Below, in pieces: positions 31,099 through 46,813 of a stretch of 64,000 nucleotides of DNA. The stretch is from the human T2T-CHM13v2.0 reference genome, Homo sapiens. The notes below the pieces were generated by a model. That model searched no databases. It was not told the origin of the DNA and was given only the letters and a program-made list of their open reading frames with translations. The stretch lies in assembly GCF_009914755.1 (NCBI RefSeq), contig NC_060936.1. One strand, given 5' to 3'. The translations under genes and the position numbers were made by a program. Every line of letters begins with the position of its first letter. Position 1 is the first letter of the stretch.

Positions 31099-31459
31099 TG
31101 TATTAGTTCATTTTCACACTGCTGATAATGACATACCTGAGACTGGGTAGGTTATAAAGAAAAAGAGGTTTAGTGAATTCACAGTTACATGTGGCTAGGG
31201 AGGCCTCATAATCATGATGGAAGGCAAAAGGCATGTCTTAGATTGCGGCAGACAAGAGAGAATGAGAGCCAAGTGAAAGGGAAAACCCCTTATAAAACCA
31301 TCAGATCTCATGAGACTTATTCACTACCATGAGAACAGTATGATGGAAACTGCCCCGTGATTCAATTATCTCCCACCGGGTCCCTCCAACAACGTGTGGG
31401 AATTATGGGAGCTACAACTCAAGATGAGATTTGGATGCAGACACAGCCAAACCATATCA
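31099..31459 (-). mobile_element. THE1 solo LTR
   Basis: tgtattagttc...cacagccaaaccatatca; 5-bp TSD gtcat (31094-31098 and 31460-31464). Confidence 0.93.
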
Positions 31460-31520
31460 GTCATGTATACAAACTTAAAGAAGTAAGGGGGTTTCTACTA
31501 TTAGTAGTGATGGTCTAGAA

Positions 31521-31680
31521 CAGGGGATTAGCAAACTACCACCTGTAGGCAAAATTTGGCTTATGATCTATTTTTGTATGGCCTGTGAACTAAGAATAGT
31601 TTTTATATTTTTAAATTATTGAAAAAAATTAAGAATAATATTTAGTAGCACACAAAAATTGTATAAAATACAATGTGTTC
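31521..31680. mobile_element. MER58-like DNA transposon fragment
   Basis: caggggattagcaaactac...tttttgtatggcctgtgaactaagaatagttttt. Confidence 0.65.
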
Positions 31681-32046
31681 CAGCTCTGGGAAGATGAAAT
31701 AGATATACTTTTCCCTATTTCTCCCACTATGTGAGGCTAATAATTCAGGATATTACATATAAAATTAAACATAGGAAGACTCTGGTTACTATTTAACCCA
31801 GAAATACCAATAGGCACAGACAAATAAAGCCTCTTTGGTTTCTTCAGCCAAAGGACCAGGAAAGAGCAGCTTACTTGGACAGGAAATTTTTTGGTTAATA
31901 ATCTCGAGCTCCCCCAAGATGGCCGAATAGGAACAGCTCCGGTCTACAGCTCCCAGCGTGAGCGACGCAGAAGACGGGTGATTTCTGCATTTCCATCTGA
32001 GGTACCAGGTTCATCTCACTAGGGAGTGTCAGATAGTGGGCGCAGG

Positions 32047-32355
32047 TCAGTGGGTGCGTGCACCGTGCGCGAGCCGAAGCAGGGCGAGGCATTGCCTCAC
32101 TTGGGAAGCACAAGGGGTCAGCGAGTTCCCTTTCTGAGTCAAAGAAAGGGGTGACGGACGGCACCTGGAAAATCGGGTCACTCCCACCCGAATACCCTGC
32201 TTTTCTGACGGGCTTAAAAAATGGTGCAGCACGAGACTATATCCCGCACCTGGCTCTGAGGGTCCTACGCCCACGGAGTCTCGCTGATTGCTAGTACAGC
32301 AGTCTGAGATCAATCTGCAAGGCGGCAATGAGGCTGGGGGAGGGGCGCCCGCCAT
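32047..32355 (-). CDS. L1 ORF0 variant, C-terminally extended (102 aa)
   Basis: ATG at 32355-32353 gives MAGAPPPASLPPCRLISDCC...RFSRC then RPSPLSLTQKG...ARTH; an extra G (gacggacggcacc vs gacggacgcacc in L1 #1) bypasses the usual stop. Expression not shown. Confidence 0.6.
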   Translation of the reverse strand: MAGAPPPASLPPCRLISDCCTSNQRDSVGVGPSEPGAGYSLVLHHFLSPSEKQGIRVGVTRFSRCRPSPLSLTQKGNSLTPCASQVRQCLALLRLAHGARTH

Positions 32356-32811
32356 TGCCCAGGCTTGATTAGGTAAACAAAGCAGCTGGGAAGCTCGAAC
32401 TGGGTGGAGCCCACCACAGCTCAAGGAGGCCTGCCTGCCTCTGTAGGCTCCACCTCTGGGGGCAGGGCACAGACAAACAAAAAGACAGCAGTAACCTCTG
32501 CAGACTTAAATGTCCCTGTCTGACAGCTTTGAAGAGAGCAGTGGTTCTCCCAGCACGCAGCTGGAGATCTGAGAACGGGCAGACTGCCTCCTCAAGTGGG
32601 TCCCTGACCCCTGACCCCCGGGCAGCCTAACTGGGAGGCAGCCCCCCAGCAGGGGCACACTGACAACTCACATGGCAGGGTACTCCAACAGACCTGCAGC
32701 TGAGGGTCCTGTCTGTTAGAAGGAAAACTAACAAACAGAAAGGACATCCACACCAAAAACCCATCTGTACATCACCATCATCAAAGACCAAAAGTAGATA
32801 AAACCACAAAG

Positions 32812-33828
32812 ATGGGGAAAAAACAGAACAGAAAAACTGGAAACTCTAAAAAGCAGAGCGCCTCTCCTCCTCCAAAGGAACGCAGTTCCTCACCAGCAAT
32901 GCAACAAAGCTGGACGGAGAATGACTTTGACGAGCTGAGAGAAGAAGGCTTCAGACGATCAAATTACTCTGAGCTACGGGAGGACATTCAAACCAAAGGC
33001 AAAGAAGTTGAAAACTTTGAAAAAAATTTAGAAGAATGTATAACTAGAATAACCAATACAGAGAAGTGCTTAAAGGAGCTGATGGAGCTGAAAACCAAGG
33101 CTTGAGAACTACGTGAAGAATGCAGAAGCCTCAGGAGCCGATGCGATCAACTGGAAGAAACGGTATCAGCGATGGAAGATGAAATGAATGAAACGAAGTG
33201 AGAAGGGAAGTTTAGAGAAAAAAGAATAAAAAGAAATGAGCAAAGCCTCCAAGAAATATGGGACTATGTGAAAAGACCAAATCTACGTCTGATTGGTGTA
33301 CCTGAAAGTGATGGGGAGAATGGAACCAAGTTGGAAAACACTCTGCAGGATATTATCCAGGACAACTTCCCCAATCTAGCAAGGCAGGCCAACGTTCAGA
33401 TTCAGGAAATACAGAGAACGCCACAAAGATACTCCTCGAGAAGAGCAACTCCAAGACACATAATTGTCAGATTCACCAAAGTTGAAATGAAGGAAAAAAT
33501 GCTAAGGGCAGCCAGAGAGAAAGGTCAGGTTACCCTCAAAGGGAAGCCCATCAGACTAACAGCTGATCTCTCAGCAGAAACCCTACAAGCCAGAAGAGAG
33601 TGGGGGCCAATATTCAACATTCTTAAAGAAAAGAATTTTCAACCCAGAATTTCATATCCAGCCAAACTAAGCTTCATAAGTGAAGGAGAAATAAAATCCT
33701 TTACAGACAAGCAAATGCTGAGAGATTTTGTCACCACCAGGCCAGCCTTACAAGAGCTCCTGAAGGAAGCACTAAACATGGAAAGGAACAACCGGTACCA
33801 GCTGCTGCAAAATCATGGCAAAATGTAA
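32812..33828 (+). pseudogene. L1 #2 ORF1p, disrupted
   Basis: In-frame TGA at 33103-33105 and 33199-33201. Confidence 0.95.
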
Positions 33829-33891
33829 AGACCATTGAGACTAGGAAGAAACTGCATCAACTAACGAGCAAAATAACCAGCTAACATCATA

Positions 33892-37714
<3,823 letters not shown>

Positions 37715-37989
37715 ACAATGAGATCACATGGAAACAGGAAGGGGAATATTACACTCTGGGGATTGTTGTGGGGTGGGGGGAGGGGGGAGGGATAGCATTG
37801 GGAGATATACCTAATGCTAGATGACGAGTTAGTGGGTCCAGCGCACCAGCATGGCACATGTATACATATTTAACTAACCTGCACAATGTGCACATGTACC
37901 CTAAAACTTAAAGTTTAATAAAAAAAAAAAAAAACTCTCTACTCCTCCTGAAGGGTCTTTTGGTGGACCCTTCTCTTCCACAAAATCTT

Positions 37990-39400
37990 CGAACACTGGA
38001 ATACTTCAGGGGTCACTTCTTGGTCCTTTTCTCTACTCCATCTATATTTATTTCTTCAGTGATCTCATCCAGTCTAATGACATTTGAATATGTCCTATAG
38101 GGTGACCATTCCCAAATCAATAAATCCAGTCCAGACATTATTACGGAACTTCAATCACATGCTTACTCAATAGCTCCACGAGATCTCTAATGAATATATC
38201 AAACTCAATATACATAAAACAAGGCTGTTTTCCCCCTTCTTCCCTCTCCCCACTGACCCTTTCCCCCAAAAGGAAGACCCTGTTCCCTGTTCAACTTGCA
38301 GTTTTCCTTATCTCACTAGATGGCATATTATCTCTCTGCCTTCTTAACCAGAAACATTGGGACAATACTTACTTTTCTTTATCTCTCAGCATTTTTTCTC
38401 CCAGAATGCAATGCTTCATTTGACCAGAGGACATTTTTCTGCCCTAGTACAAATAACTGCAAAACAATCTATTTATATGCCTTGTGGAGGCAAAGCCTGA
38501 CAGAAATGGATTTAAGAGAGAAGGATACTAGAAGTTGTTTTGCAAAGAGGAAAAAATGCTCTTTTCAAGGGCACAAATGAATACAATGGGTTTATGTCCA
38601 GGACAATTCTGGTTTATGTCTCCTCTCTTGGCATAATACTTAATAGCATCCCTAGATAGTTTTAGAACTATCTAGTACGGATGATAAAAATTGTATTGTC
38701 AACCTCCTCAAATCTTGTTGATTGATTTTTTCTTCAAAACAGATTCAGAATCTAAGTGCTTGTCACTTGGCCAAGCCACCATCTCGTCTCACCTGCTGCA
38801 TCTTGTCTCTCTTTTTTTTGTTGTTTTACACTCTTCTGAGCATGTCACTCTTCCACTCAAAGTCCTACAGTGACTCCTTGTTTCACCCAATAAGTGCCAA
38901 AATTCTTACATGGCCTAGAAATGTCTATTTAATCTGTCCACTCCTTCCCTGATCTCTGACGTCGTATCATACTTCTTTCCCCGTCATACATTCTGGTCCA
39001 ACAAGATTGGCCTCCTCCATGTGAGAAATGCTATCATTTTTTTAACTATTTGCCCACCACCCCACTCCTACTCACCATCTATAAAGCTCTTCCTCCAGAC
39101 TCCACATGGCTTTCTCACCTCCATCATGTCATAGCTCAAATATCATCTTTTCATTAAAATCTACCTATTGACCTTACTTAAAATTTTCAACTCTGCACAT
39201 ATTGATCCCACTTTCCTTTTTAAAATTGTTTTCCATACTCTTAGCACTTTTTGACATACAACCCTGTGTATTCATTAATTTTTTTTAATCGACTGCCTTT
39301 CCCTTGTACAGCAGAAATTTCTTTGTTTTATTCACTGATATATCCTAGGTGCACGTAGCAGGTACTCAATAAATATATGCTGAATGAATTAATGAGTGAA
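37990..39400 (+). mobile_element. L2 LINE relic (fragmented)
   Basis: Ends in the typical L2 3' tail ctcaataaatatatgctgaatgaat; boundaries approximate. Confidence 0.7.
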
Positions 39401-40199
39401 AAGGTAACAATTTTAAAACTTTCAAATAACATTAGAATAGCCTTACTGATTTGCATTTGCACTGCCCAAATATAATTCTCTTAATTCATTTTATTAGTTT
39501 TATATTACAAAATTAAAACATGCTTATTGAGCATATTTGATTAATTTTCATTAATACAAACTTCTAAGAAACTGAGAAATATATTCAGACTTAGACATTT
39601 ACCATATTAAATCATTAAATAGAAATCCATGGTGGTTGGGAATAAAACAAAGCTATTGCCTTGGAAAAAGTTACGTTCATGTAACTATCTGATATCTCAA
39701 TCACATACATAGATATAAATGCAGATGTAGACATAGATGTATATATGCCTATAAATACACACAGGTAGTTAAATATAAGTTAATTTGCACAGTGGCCTGC
39801 TTCCTGCTCTCTGCTAAGCAACCTCAATAGAGAAAAGGTGGCAGATTGGAATCTACATCTGATGAAATATATCATGCCTAAATTTAAAAAAAAATTAATT
39901 TGGACCAAGTTTGTAGGAACAATTAACATGAATTGACACTAATGTGGTCAAGTAATGGTACAAGGAAATCAAACTGTCGTCAAGGTTCCCAAGTTATAAA
40001 TCACATCATGCCAACAGCAAAAGTTTGCAGATAAATCACACTGAGAAATGTCAGAATAAATAATTGAACTCTTTTGAACCAAAAGTAATTTATTTGACTT
40101 TGCAAATGATACAGAATGTAGCCTTCAGTTTTTCATATTTTCAAATAGTACATTGAAGAGAAAGCAGAGATGAGCAATAGAAATAAATATGGCTTGATC

Positions 40200-40725
40200 A
40201 AGTGTAGGTGTCCTTAGGCAATTAAATAAAAGCAGACTCAGTATTATGTTCAGTGATCACAACAGACAAGGAAGAGTGGATTAAACACATAGCAATTTGT
40301 CTCAGGGAACAAGAGTCCTGGAGGTAGACAATCCAGATTTGTAAAAGTGGTTCAGTGAAGCCTTTAGAGAAGGATCGCTCTATCTCTTTTCTTGACATCA
40401 TTAGCATATGTGCCTTTATCTTCATGCTTGCCATCTCCTGGTTGTAAGATGACTGCTCTACCTTAACCTCACATCCACATTCCAGACAGGAAGAAGGAGG
40501 AAGAGAAGAGGTAGAACTAAAAGCCTCAAAAGAGCAAAAGCTTTCCCCAAATCCCTGGCTGACCATCCGTTATTCATTGGCTAGAACTGTGTACCATGGC
40601 TACCTTAGCTAAAAGAGTCTAGAAAAACAAGTGTTTTTGGATGGCACATTGTCAATTCAAACAAAATTGGGGTTCCTTTAGTAAGAAAGCAGGGAATAAT
40701 GAATATTTGATAGGCAAGTAGGAGT
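40200..40725 (-). mobile_element. MLT1-type MaLR LTR relic
   Basis: tcattggctagaactgtg...aacaaaattggggttcctttagtaagaaag...gataggcaa. Confidence 0.65.
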
Positions 40726-41910
40726 AAATGTACTGATAAAGGACATATAGAAAGAGAGGAAAATTTGGTAAAGAAGATGGCTTTGAGAAACAACTACATT
40801 TAGGGGCAGGTAAAAAAAAAAAGAATAATCACAGGAAAGAGAAAAAAAGTAACCAAAGAAGTAAAACAAAAATAGGAATATTGTCAAAAAGTTATTCATG
40901 TTTTTGCAATATAATTAGATCTGTAAAATGTTTTGACTTATTTCTCAATTACCTTTGAATATAAGGAAGGTAATTACATTATGAATCCATAAGTCATGAC
41001 CATCTGACAATTGACATTAACATTCCTCTTCAACAGGTTACATTAATAAATACAGAAAAGCATAGTGTCCGTTCCTGAGGCAGACGGCTGGGGCAAAAGA
41101 AAGTTCTTTACAGACATCTGATGCTGTAACTATTAGTCAACTGACAAAAATTTAGATAATTTCAAATCACAACACAGCCAGCTGATGTGTCCATTTAAAT
41201 AAATATTTATTCTTATTGAGAAAAAAAAAGCTTTTTCCTTTGTGAATGCAATTTCACGGCCAAAAGAATAACTATTTTTGTTGTTATATCAAATATGTTT
41301 TCTTAACTGCTCTTTTGCTAAATGTAATCTACGCACTAAATGGCCTGACTTGAATCAAGCCAGAAATTTTTTAGACTTGTATCTCCAAAGTTTGAAGATG
41401 AAATGAGAATGTTTCTTTTCCTTTGTAGCTTGCTGCTTTTGGTCAAGCATTCTCAATGTCCACCATTGTTAGCATAAATAAACTGAGTAAAGATATTTTG
41501 ACAGCTAAAACTTTAAAATCTCATGTAAACTTGAATATATTTTCAAAATTAAAAGGGAAAATTTACTTAAATGTTCATATACATATGTTTGGGGTTAGTT
41601 TAAACTTAAAAAAATTAATGTGTACTGCAATAATATTTGAAACAACAAATGTGTTTCATTTTTCTTTCTAAAAGAAGTAAAATTAAGAGATAAAAAATCT
41701 TTAATTTCGGTACTGTCCGTCAACTGAAATAAATTAGCCACATTCGATACCATAATTTAACATTTTACTCATTACGAATAAATTATGCTGTACTTTCTTT
41801 GCATCTTAATTTATTTTTTAGAAATCACAAGTTATTTTAATCAACAAAAATAGGAGTAGAAAGTGTTGCTTCTTCCTTTTTCTTTAGTATAATAACTAGC
41901 CTGAAAACAG

Positions 41911-42220
41911 TTTTTTTTTTTTTTTAATTTTTTTTGAGACAGGGTCTCACTCTGTCACCTAAGCTGGAGTGAAATGGTACAATCATAGCTCACTGCAGCC
42001 TTGCCCTCCTGGGCTAAGGTGATCCTCCCATCTCAGCTTCTGGAGTAGCTGAGACCACAGGCATGCACCACCATGCCTGGCTAATTTTGTGTTTTTTATA
42101 GAGACGAACTTTTGCCATATTGCCGAGTTTGGTCTCAAACTCCTGGACTCAAGCGATCCACCAGTCTCAGCCTCCCTCCCAAAGTGTTGAAATTACAGGT
42201 GTGAACCACCATATCTGGCC
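41911..42220 (-). mobile_element. Alu (AluJ-like)
   Basis: poly(T)-gagacagggtctcactctgtc...attacaggtgtgaaccacc. Confidence 0.92.
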
Positions 42221-42734
42221 TGATTTTATTTAATTATGAAAAAAAAATCTGAATTTCCCTGATCTTCAATGTAACTGATGTTAAAATGTTACCTGATGTA
42301 TTAAATAGAAAATAATTAAGCCTCAGATCATTAAATAATAATTCTTTCAACTGCTGTCACAATTATTTTATATATGGAAATCATAGCAATTAATGAATGA
42401 ATGCCATGAAACATAAGTACTAATGTTTTATTCAAAAACAGCATGAAAGTTATAAATCTATTTCTTTATAAAGGATACAGAAAAGTACATGCAAATTATA
42501 CTATTTCGTACTATGAAGGACATCTTTTAGAAGTTTTCATCATGATTCAAAAGTTATAGAAACGAGGTGTGGATAATAAAAAAGGTTTTATATTTGGCTT
42601 TGGAATTTGTGTACTTACAACTTAATAAGAGTATTTCCTGTTGATATGGTTTGAAACTTAAATTGAAATATGAAGCTCCATGGTACCGCTTGTGAAGAGC
42701 TTAGAAATTTTATAAACCGAGTAAACAGCATTGG

Positions 42735-43095
42735 AAACCCAGGAGGAAAGCCTCTTATTGTAATAAAGAGCCTGATTCCATTGTTGATGTTTGACTGCTG
42801 GAAGCTTTCAGGCCTCACGACTCCCCTGTCCCTTGCTGCCCCACATCTGGGCAGTCTGAGAAGGTTTCAGTATGCCCCTCCCTTGGTGCCCACGTGATTT
42901 TCAAGCCATACAAGGACTGGCCTGTATGTGCCAGAACTCTCACCCCAGCTCGATCACCTAATCTCATTAAAAACAGGGCCTGTCACCCTTCTCTGCTCTC
43001 CAAGCCATTTTTGGATCAGCTTATAATCCTGTCCTATTCTCCCCAGAAAGCCTCATTATGTAAGTAATAAGCCTTTTCATTCCCTCATGGGGTGA

Positions 43096-43128
<33 letters not shown>

Positions 43129-43224
43129 TGTGATCATTAATCTTCACATCCAAATCAAATTTTGGATGGGGGTTCCTTCCTGATACTGTGAGTTCCTTCC
43201 TGATACTGTGGGGTGACTGTAACA
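42735..43224 (+). mobile_element. Old LTR (ERVL, MER74-like) containing (TG)n and a 19-bp tandem duplication
   Basis: ccccacatctgggca..., ends gactgtaaca; gttccttcctgatactgtg twice at ~43172-43210; family name from memory. Confidence 0.55.
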
Positions 43225-43684
43225 TTTATCTACCTAGAACAACAGAACAACCTGGTCTCAAAATATCATATCAAACTATTGAGAAAGGAACAGCAGTATC
43301 TCATAAGGCAAATTCATGTTTCACAATTGTAGATTCAGCCATACTATGAAGCCTCGGTCTTTATAAGATTGTGCTTACTATGTTAATTATAAAGACTTAA
43401 GAAACATTTATTGAATAAATATTACTTAAATTGCTGTGCTAAGTGCTGGGATTAGGGCCACAAGCAAGAAAATCAAAGGTGAATAAAATACATTCCCTTT
43501 CTCAAAGAAGCCTAATAAGGACACACCAACTTTAACACAAGAAACACTGCTCAATGCAGTAAAGTACTACAGATTTGGCCATTTCTCCCTGAGAATGGTG
43601 GGTGGCATCTGAGCTTACCATTCTTAGACCCATAGATTTCTATAGGCAGAGCAAGAAAGCCTGTAATGAAGGAAACCAAAATTC

Positions 43685-43993
43685 TTTTTTTTTTTTTTTT
43701 TTTTTTTTGAGACAAGGTTTTACCCCTTCTCTCAGGCTGGAGAGCAGTGGTGCGATCAAGGCTCACTGCAGCCTCAACCTCCCCAGTCCCAGGTGATCCT
43801 TCTACCTCAGCCTCTGGAGTAGCTAGGACCACAGGTACTTGCCACCATGCCCAGCTAATTTTTGTATTTTTTGTAGAGATGAGGTTTGGTCATGTGGCCC
43901 AGGCTGGTCTTGAACTTCTGGGCTCAGGCGGTCTGTCCACCTCAGCCTCTCAAAGTCCCGGGATTACAGGCGTGAGCAACCAAGCCCTGCCTG
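43685..43993 (-). mobile_element. Alu (AluJ-like)
   Basis: poly(T) followed by full antisense dimer. Confidence 0.92.
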
Positions 43994-45004
43994 AGACAAG
44001 AATTTTTGATGCATTCAGGGAACTGGGAATGTTCCAGAAGCAGAAGTGGTAGAAAGGCAGAGGAACCACATCTCCCTTTTATAAGATAACTCTTACGGCA
44101 GCATGGAGGATAAGTTTAAAGACAGTGAATGGAGGAACAAAGACCAATCAGGAACTCATTTTAATAGTCTAAGTGGGCGAAGAAGACCAAAAATAGCGCA
44201 GTAACAGTCAAAACTGAAATGAAGGAACTGGGAAACACTTTAGAATTGGTAGGACTTGAGAAACTACACTTTGAAGTTGAGGGAATATGGTGTAAGAAAT
44301 GCATTCAGTTTTCTAAATGGTATAAGTTTAATATTTATAAAACAAACATGGTATATCATGGGGTTAAATGTGATTTTTCTGGTTAATTCAGCTCCAAAAG
44401 CTTAAGAACAGTATAATAGGCGTCAAGTTGACCAATGCCTTCAACGCAAGGTACTAGACCACACAGGCAACGCATGCTAAAAGACTATAAAATTGGTTTT
44501 GCCAGCATTAGTGCATCACATTCACTCCCTGCTCCAACATGCTCACGAAGCATATGGGGAAGAGGAAGGGAAAGTGTTTCACCCCACCACCACCAATCCC
44601 CTGTCCGCAGCACAAGTGAGGAGGACGTTAAGGGAACCATTTAGAGAGCTTTACAGGTAGCCCCTGGAGTCCGAATGATGCAGAAACTGATACTTCATTC
44701 CACTGAAGACACAGAGGTGTGACTAGGTAGACATTCGGACAGCAGAAAAGAGAGATGCTCTGTTGGCTTGATGTGCACTTTCAGAGTCTAGTGGGGACAA
44801 AGGATGAGTGAGTTTCCCAGAAGCCCATTGTGGACCCTGTTTCATCTTAAAAGGGACTGAATCTGGAGAAGGAAAGGCCCAGAACCTGTAGGTGAGAGAT
44901 CCCCAGTGATGTGGAGATTCTGATGTACCCATAAAAGCACCCCAGCAGAGAATCAACATTTGGAATCAGCCACACCATGAAAACAGCGATGCTAGATTAT
45001 AACT

Positions 45005-46373
45005 AATGTTTGTGCCGGCAAATGTTGAACAACTGGCTGTCTGAAAAAACTGCATGTATAAATATATGTGTGTGTGTGTATGTATATATACATAGGTTTA
45101 TTATAAATTTTATTGAAAGGTGTATAGCAAATATTTTACAAATAATAATATGCAATACTCTTTATTGTAAATTCCATATAGCCAGCTGATTCTACAGAAT
45201 CCTTTCATTGATTTTTGCTTGTATTACCCAAACTATGACAGCAATTGATGAGTGTAGTTTGAATGTTGATTGACTTTTCTATTTACATTAACTACTAAGA
45301 TGGAAGTGAAACAAAGGAACAATAGGTTGCAATTTCACTTGTTTGTCTGATATTAGTGAGTTCTTTGCTAAATTGAATAGCAGCTCTCTGAAAAAAGAAT
45401 TTCTTCAGTTTTTTTGTGCTATTCACAGTGTACTACAATCTACCACAACAGACATGACACTCTTTTAATTTCATTATTAACATTCTCTCCATCAGTTTTT
45501 TTAAATGAGTCTCCATCTATTTTGTGTTTCTTTAACTTTTAAGTTCAGGGGTACATGTACAGGATGTGAAGGTTTGTTACATAGGTAAACATGTGTCATG
45601 GGGGGTTTGTTGTACTGATTATTTCATCACCCAGGTATTAAGCCCAGTATCCATTAATTACTTTTCCTGATCCTCTCCCTCCTCCTACCTCCACCCTCAG
45701 ACAGGCCCAGTGTGTGATGTTTCCCTCTGTGTGTCCATGCTGTTCTCATCATTTAGCTCCCACTTATAAGTGAGAACATACGGTATTTGGTTTTCTGTTC
45801 CTGTGTTAGTTTGCTAAGGATAATGGCCTCCAGCTCCATCCATGTCAGTGTAAAGGGCATAATTTGATTCCTTTTTATGGCTGCATAGTATTCCATGGTG
45901 TATATGTACCACATTGTCTTTATCCAGTCTATCATTGATGGGCATTTGGGTTGATCCCATGTCTTTGCTATTGTCCACCACCTTTTTAACTCTAAAAAAT
46001 CAACAATAAAATAAATCAAACTCTGGTTTGTATAATCTGCCATTTTCCATGGTGTAAATACTCCTATTACGGCCAATTTCAAGATCAACATGACGTCGCT
46101 GAATGAGGCAGTAGGAAGAAATGTATAGTAGCCCACCATTATATTTTTACCTGTAGATACAATAGATGTAAATAACCTCAAGAGTAGAGATAATAGCAAA
46201 AGAGTTAGGAAATAAGAAGTTTTGAATATTTATTACCTTTGTCTTAATATAACTTATTTGATTATGTTTATACAATTTAGTGTTTAACAATAGCTGTGTT
46301 AACAATCAGCTCACACAAATCCTAAAATTTTAACAATCAGCTCTCACAGATTCACAGTTGTACCACACCACTG
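45005..46373 (-). mobile_element. hAT DNA transposon relic (MER63-like) interrupted by an L1
   Basis: gccggcaaatgttgaacaactggct ... aaattttaacaatcagctctcac...cacaccactg. Confidence 0.6.
45520..45975 (-). mobile_element. 5'-truncated L1PA 3' end (old primate subfamily)
   Basis: aagttcaggggtacatgtacagg...gtctttgctattgt; ORF2 C-terminus TIAKTWDQPKCPSM...SLISGS on - strand. Confidence 0.9.
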
Positions 46374-46383
46374 ATTCATAGAT

Positions 46384-46813
46384 ATAGGAAGACAGCCTGC
46401 GGTATGGCAAGAATGACACCACGGCCATGATGACTGATGTTGGATTCCTGCATACTAAGGTGTTCTGCAGCAAGGTCCTTAAACAATGCCCATAGCATAG
46501 ATAACCCTTCAAAAGAAACAAAGCTTGTAACTTAGATAATTCTCTCATTAAGATTCTTATCTAGACTCCCCAGTGTTCATGAGTTTTGCAAGAAAGTCTG
46601 AGACATGATCAGCTGTACGTCTTTTATCCTAAAAGCTTACATAATTTCTGGAGGGCAGGTGTGGGGATGCACTGTAACAGAATCATCATTTCTGTGTGTA
46701 AGTCCCTATTAAATACCTCTTTCTGAGAAACTGGATTTGTCAGTTTTTCTTTGGCCTCTCAGCTCTCTCAGCCTTTGGGGGTAGGTTTGCATATATATGC
46801 TCATACAGGAACA
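46384..46813 (+). mobile_element. LTR (LTR47-like, ERVL)
   Basis: taggaagacagcctg...catactaaggtgttctgcagcaagg...gggggtaggtttgcata...ggaaca. Confidence 0.65.
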
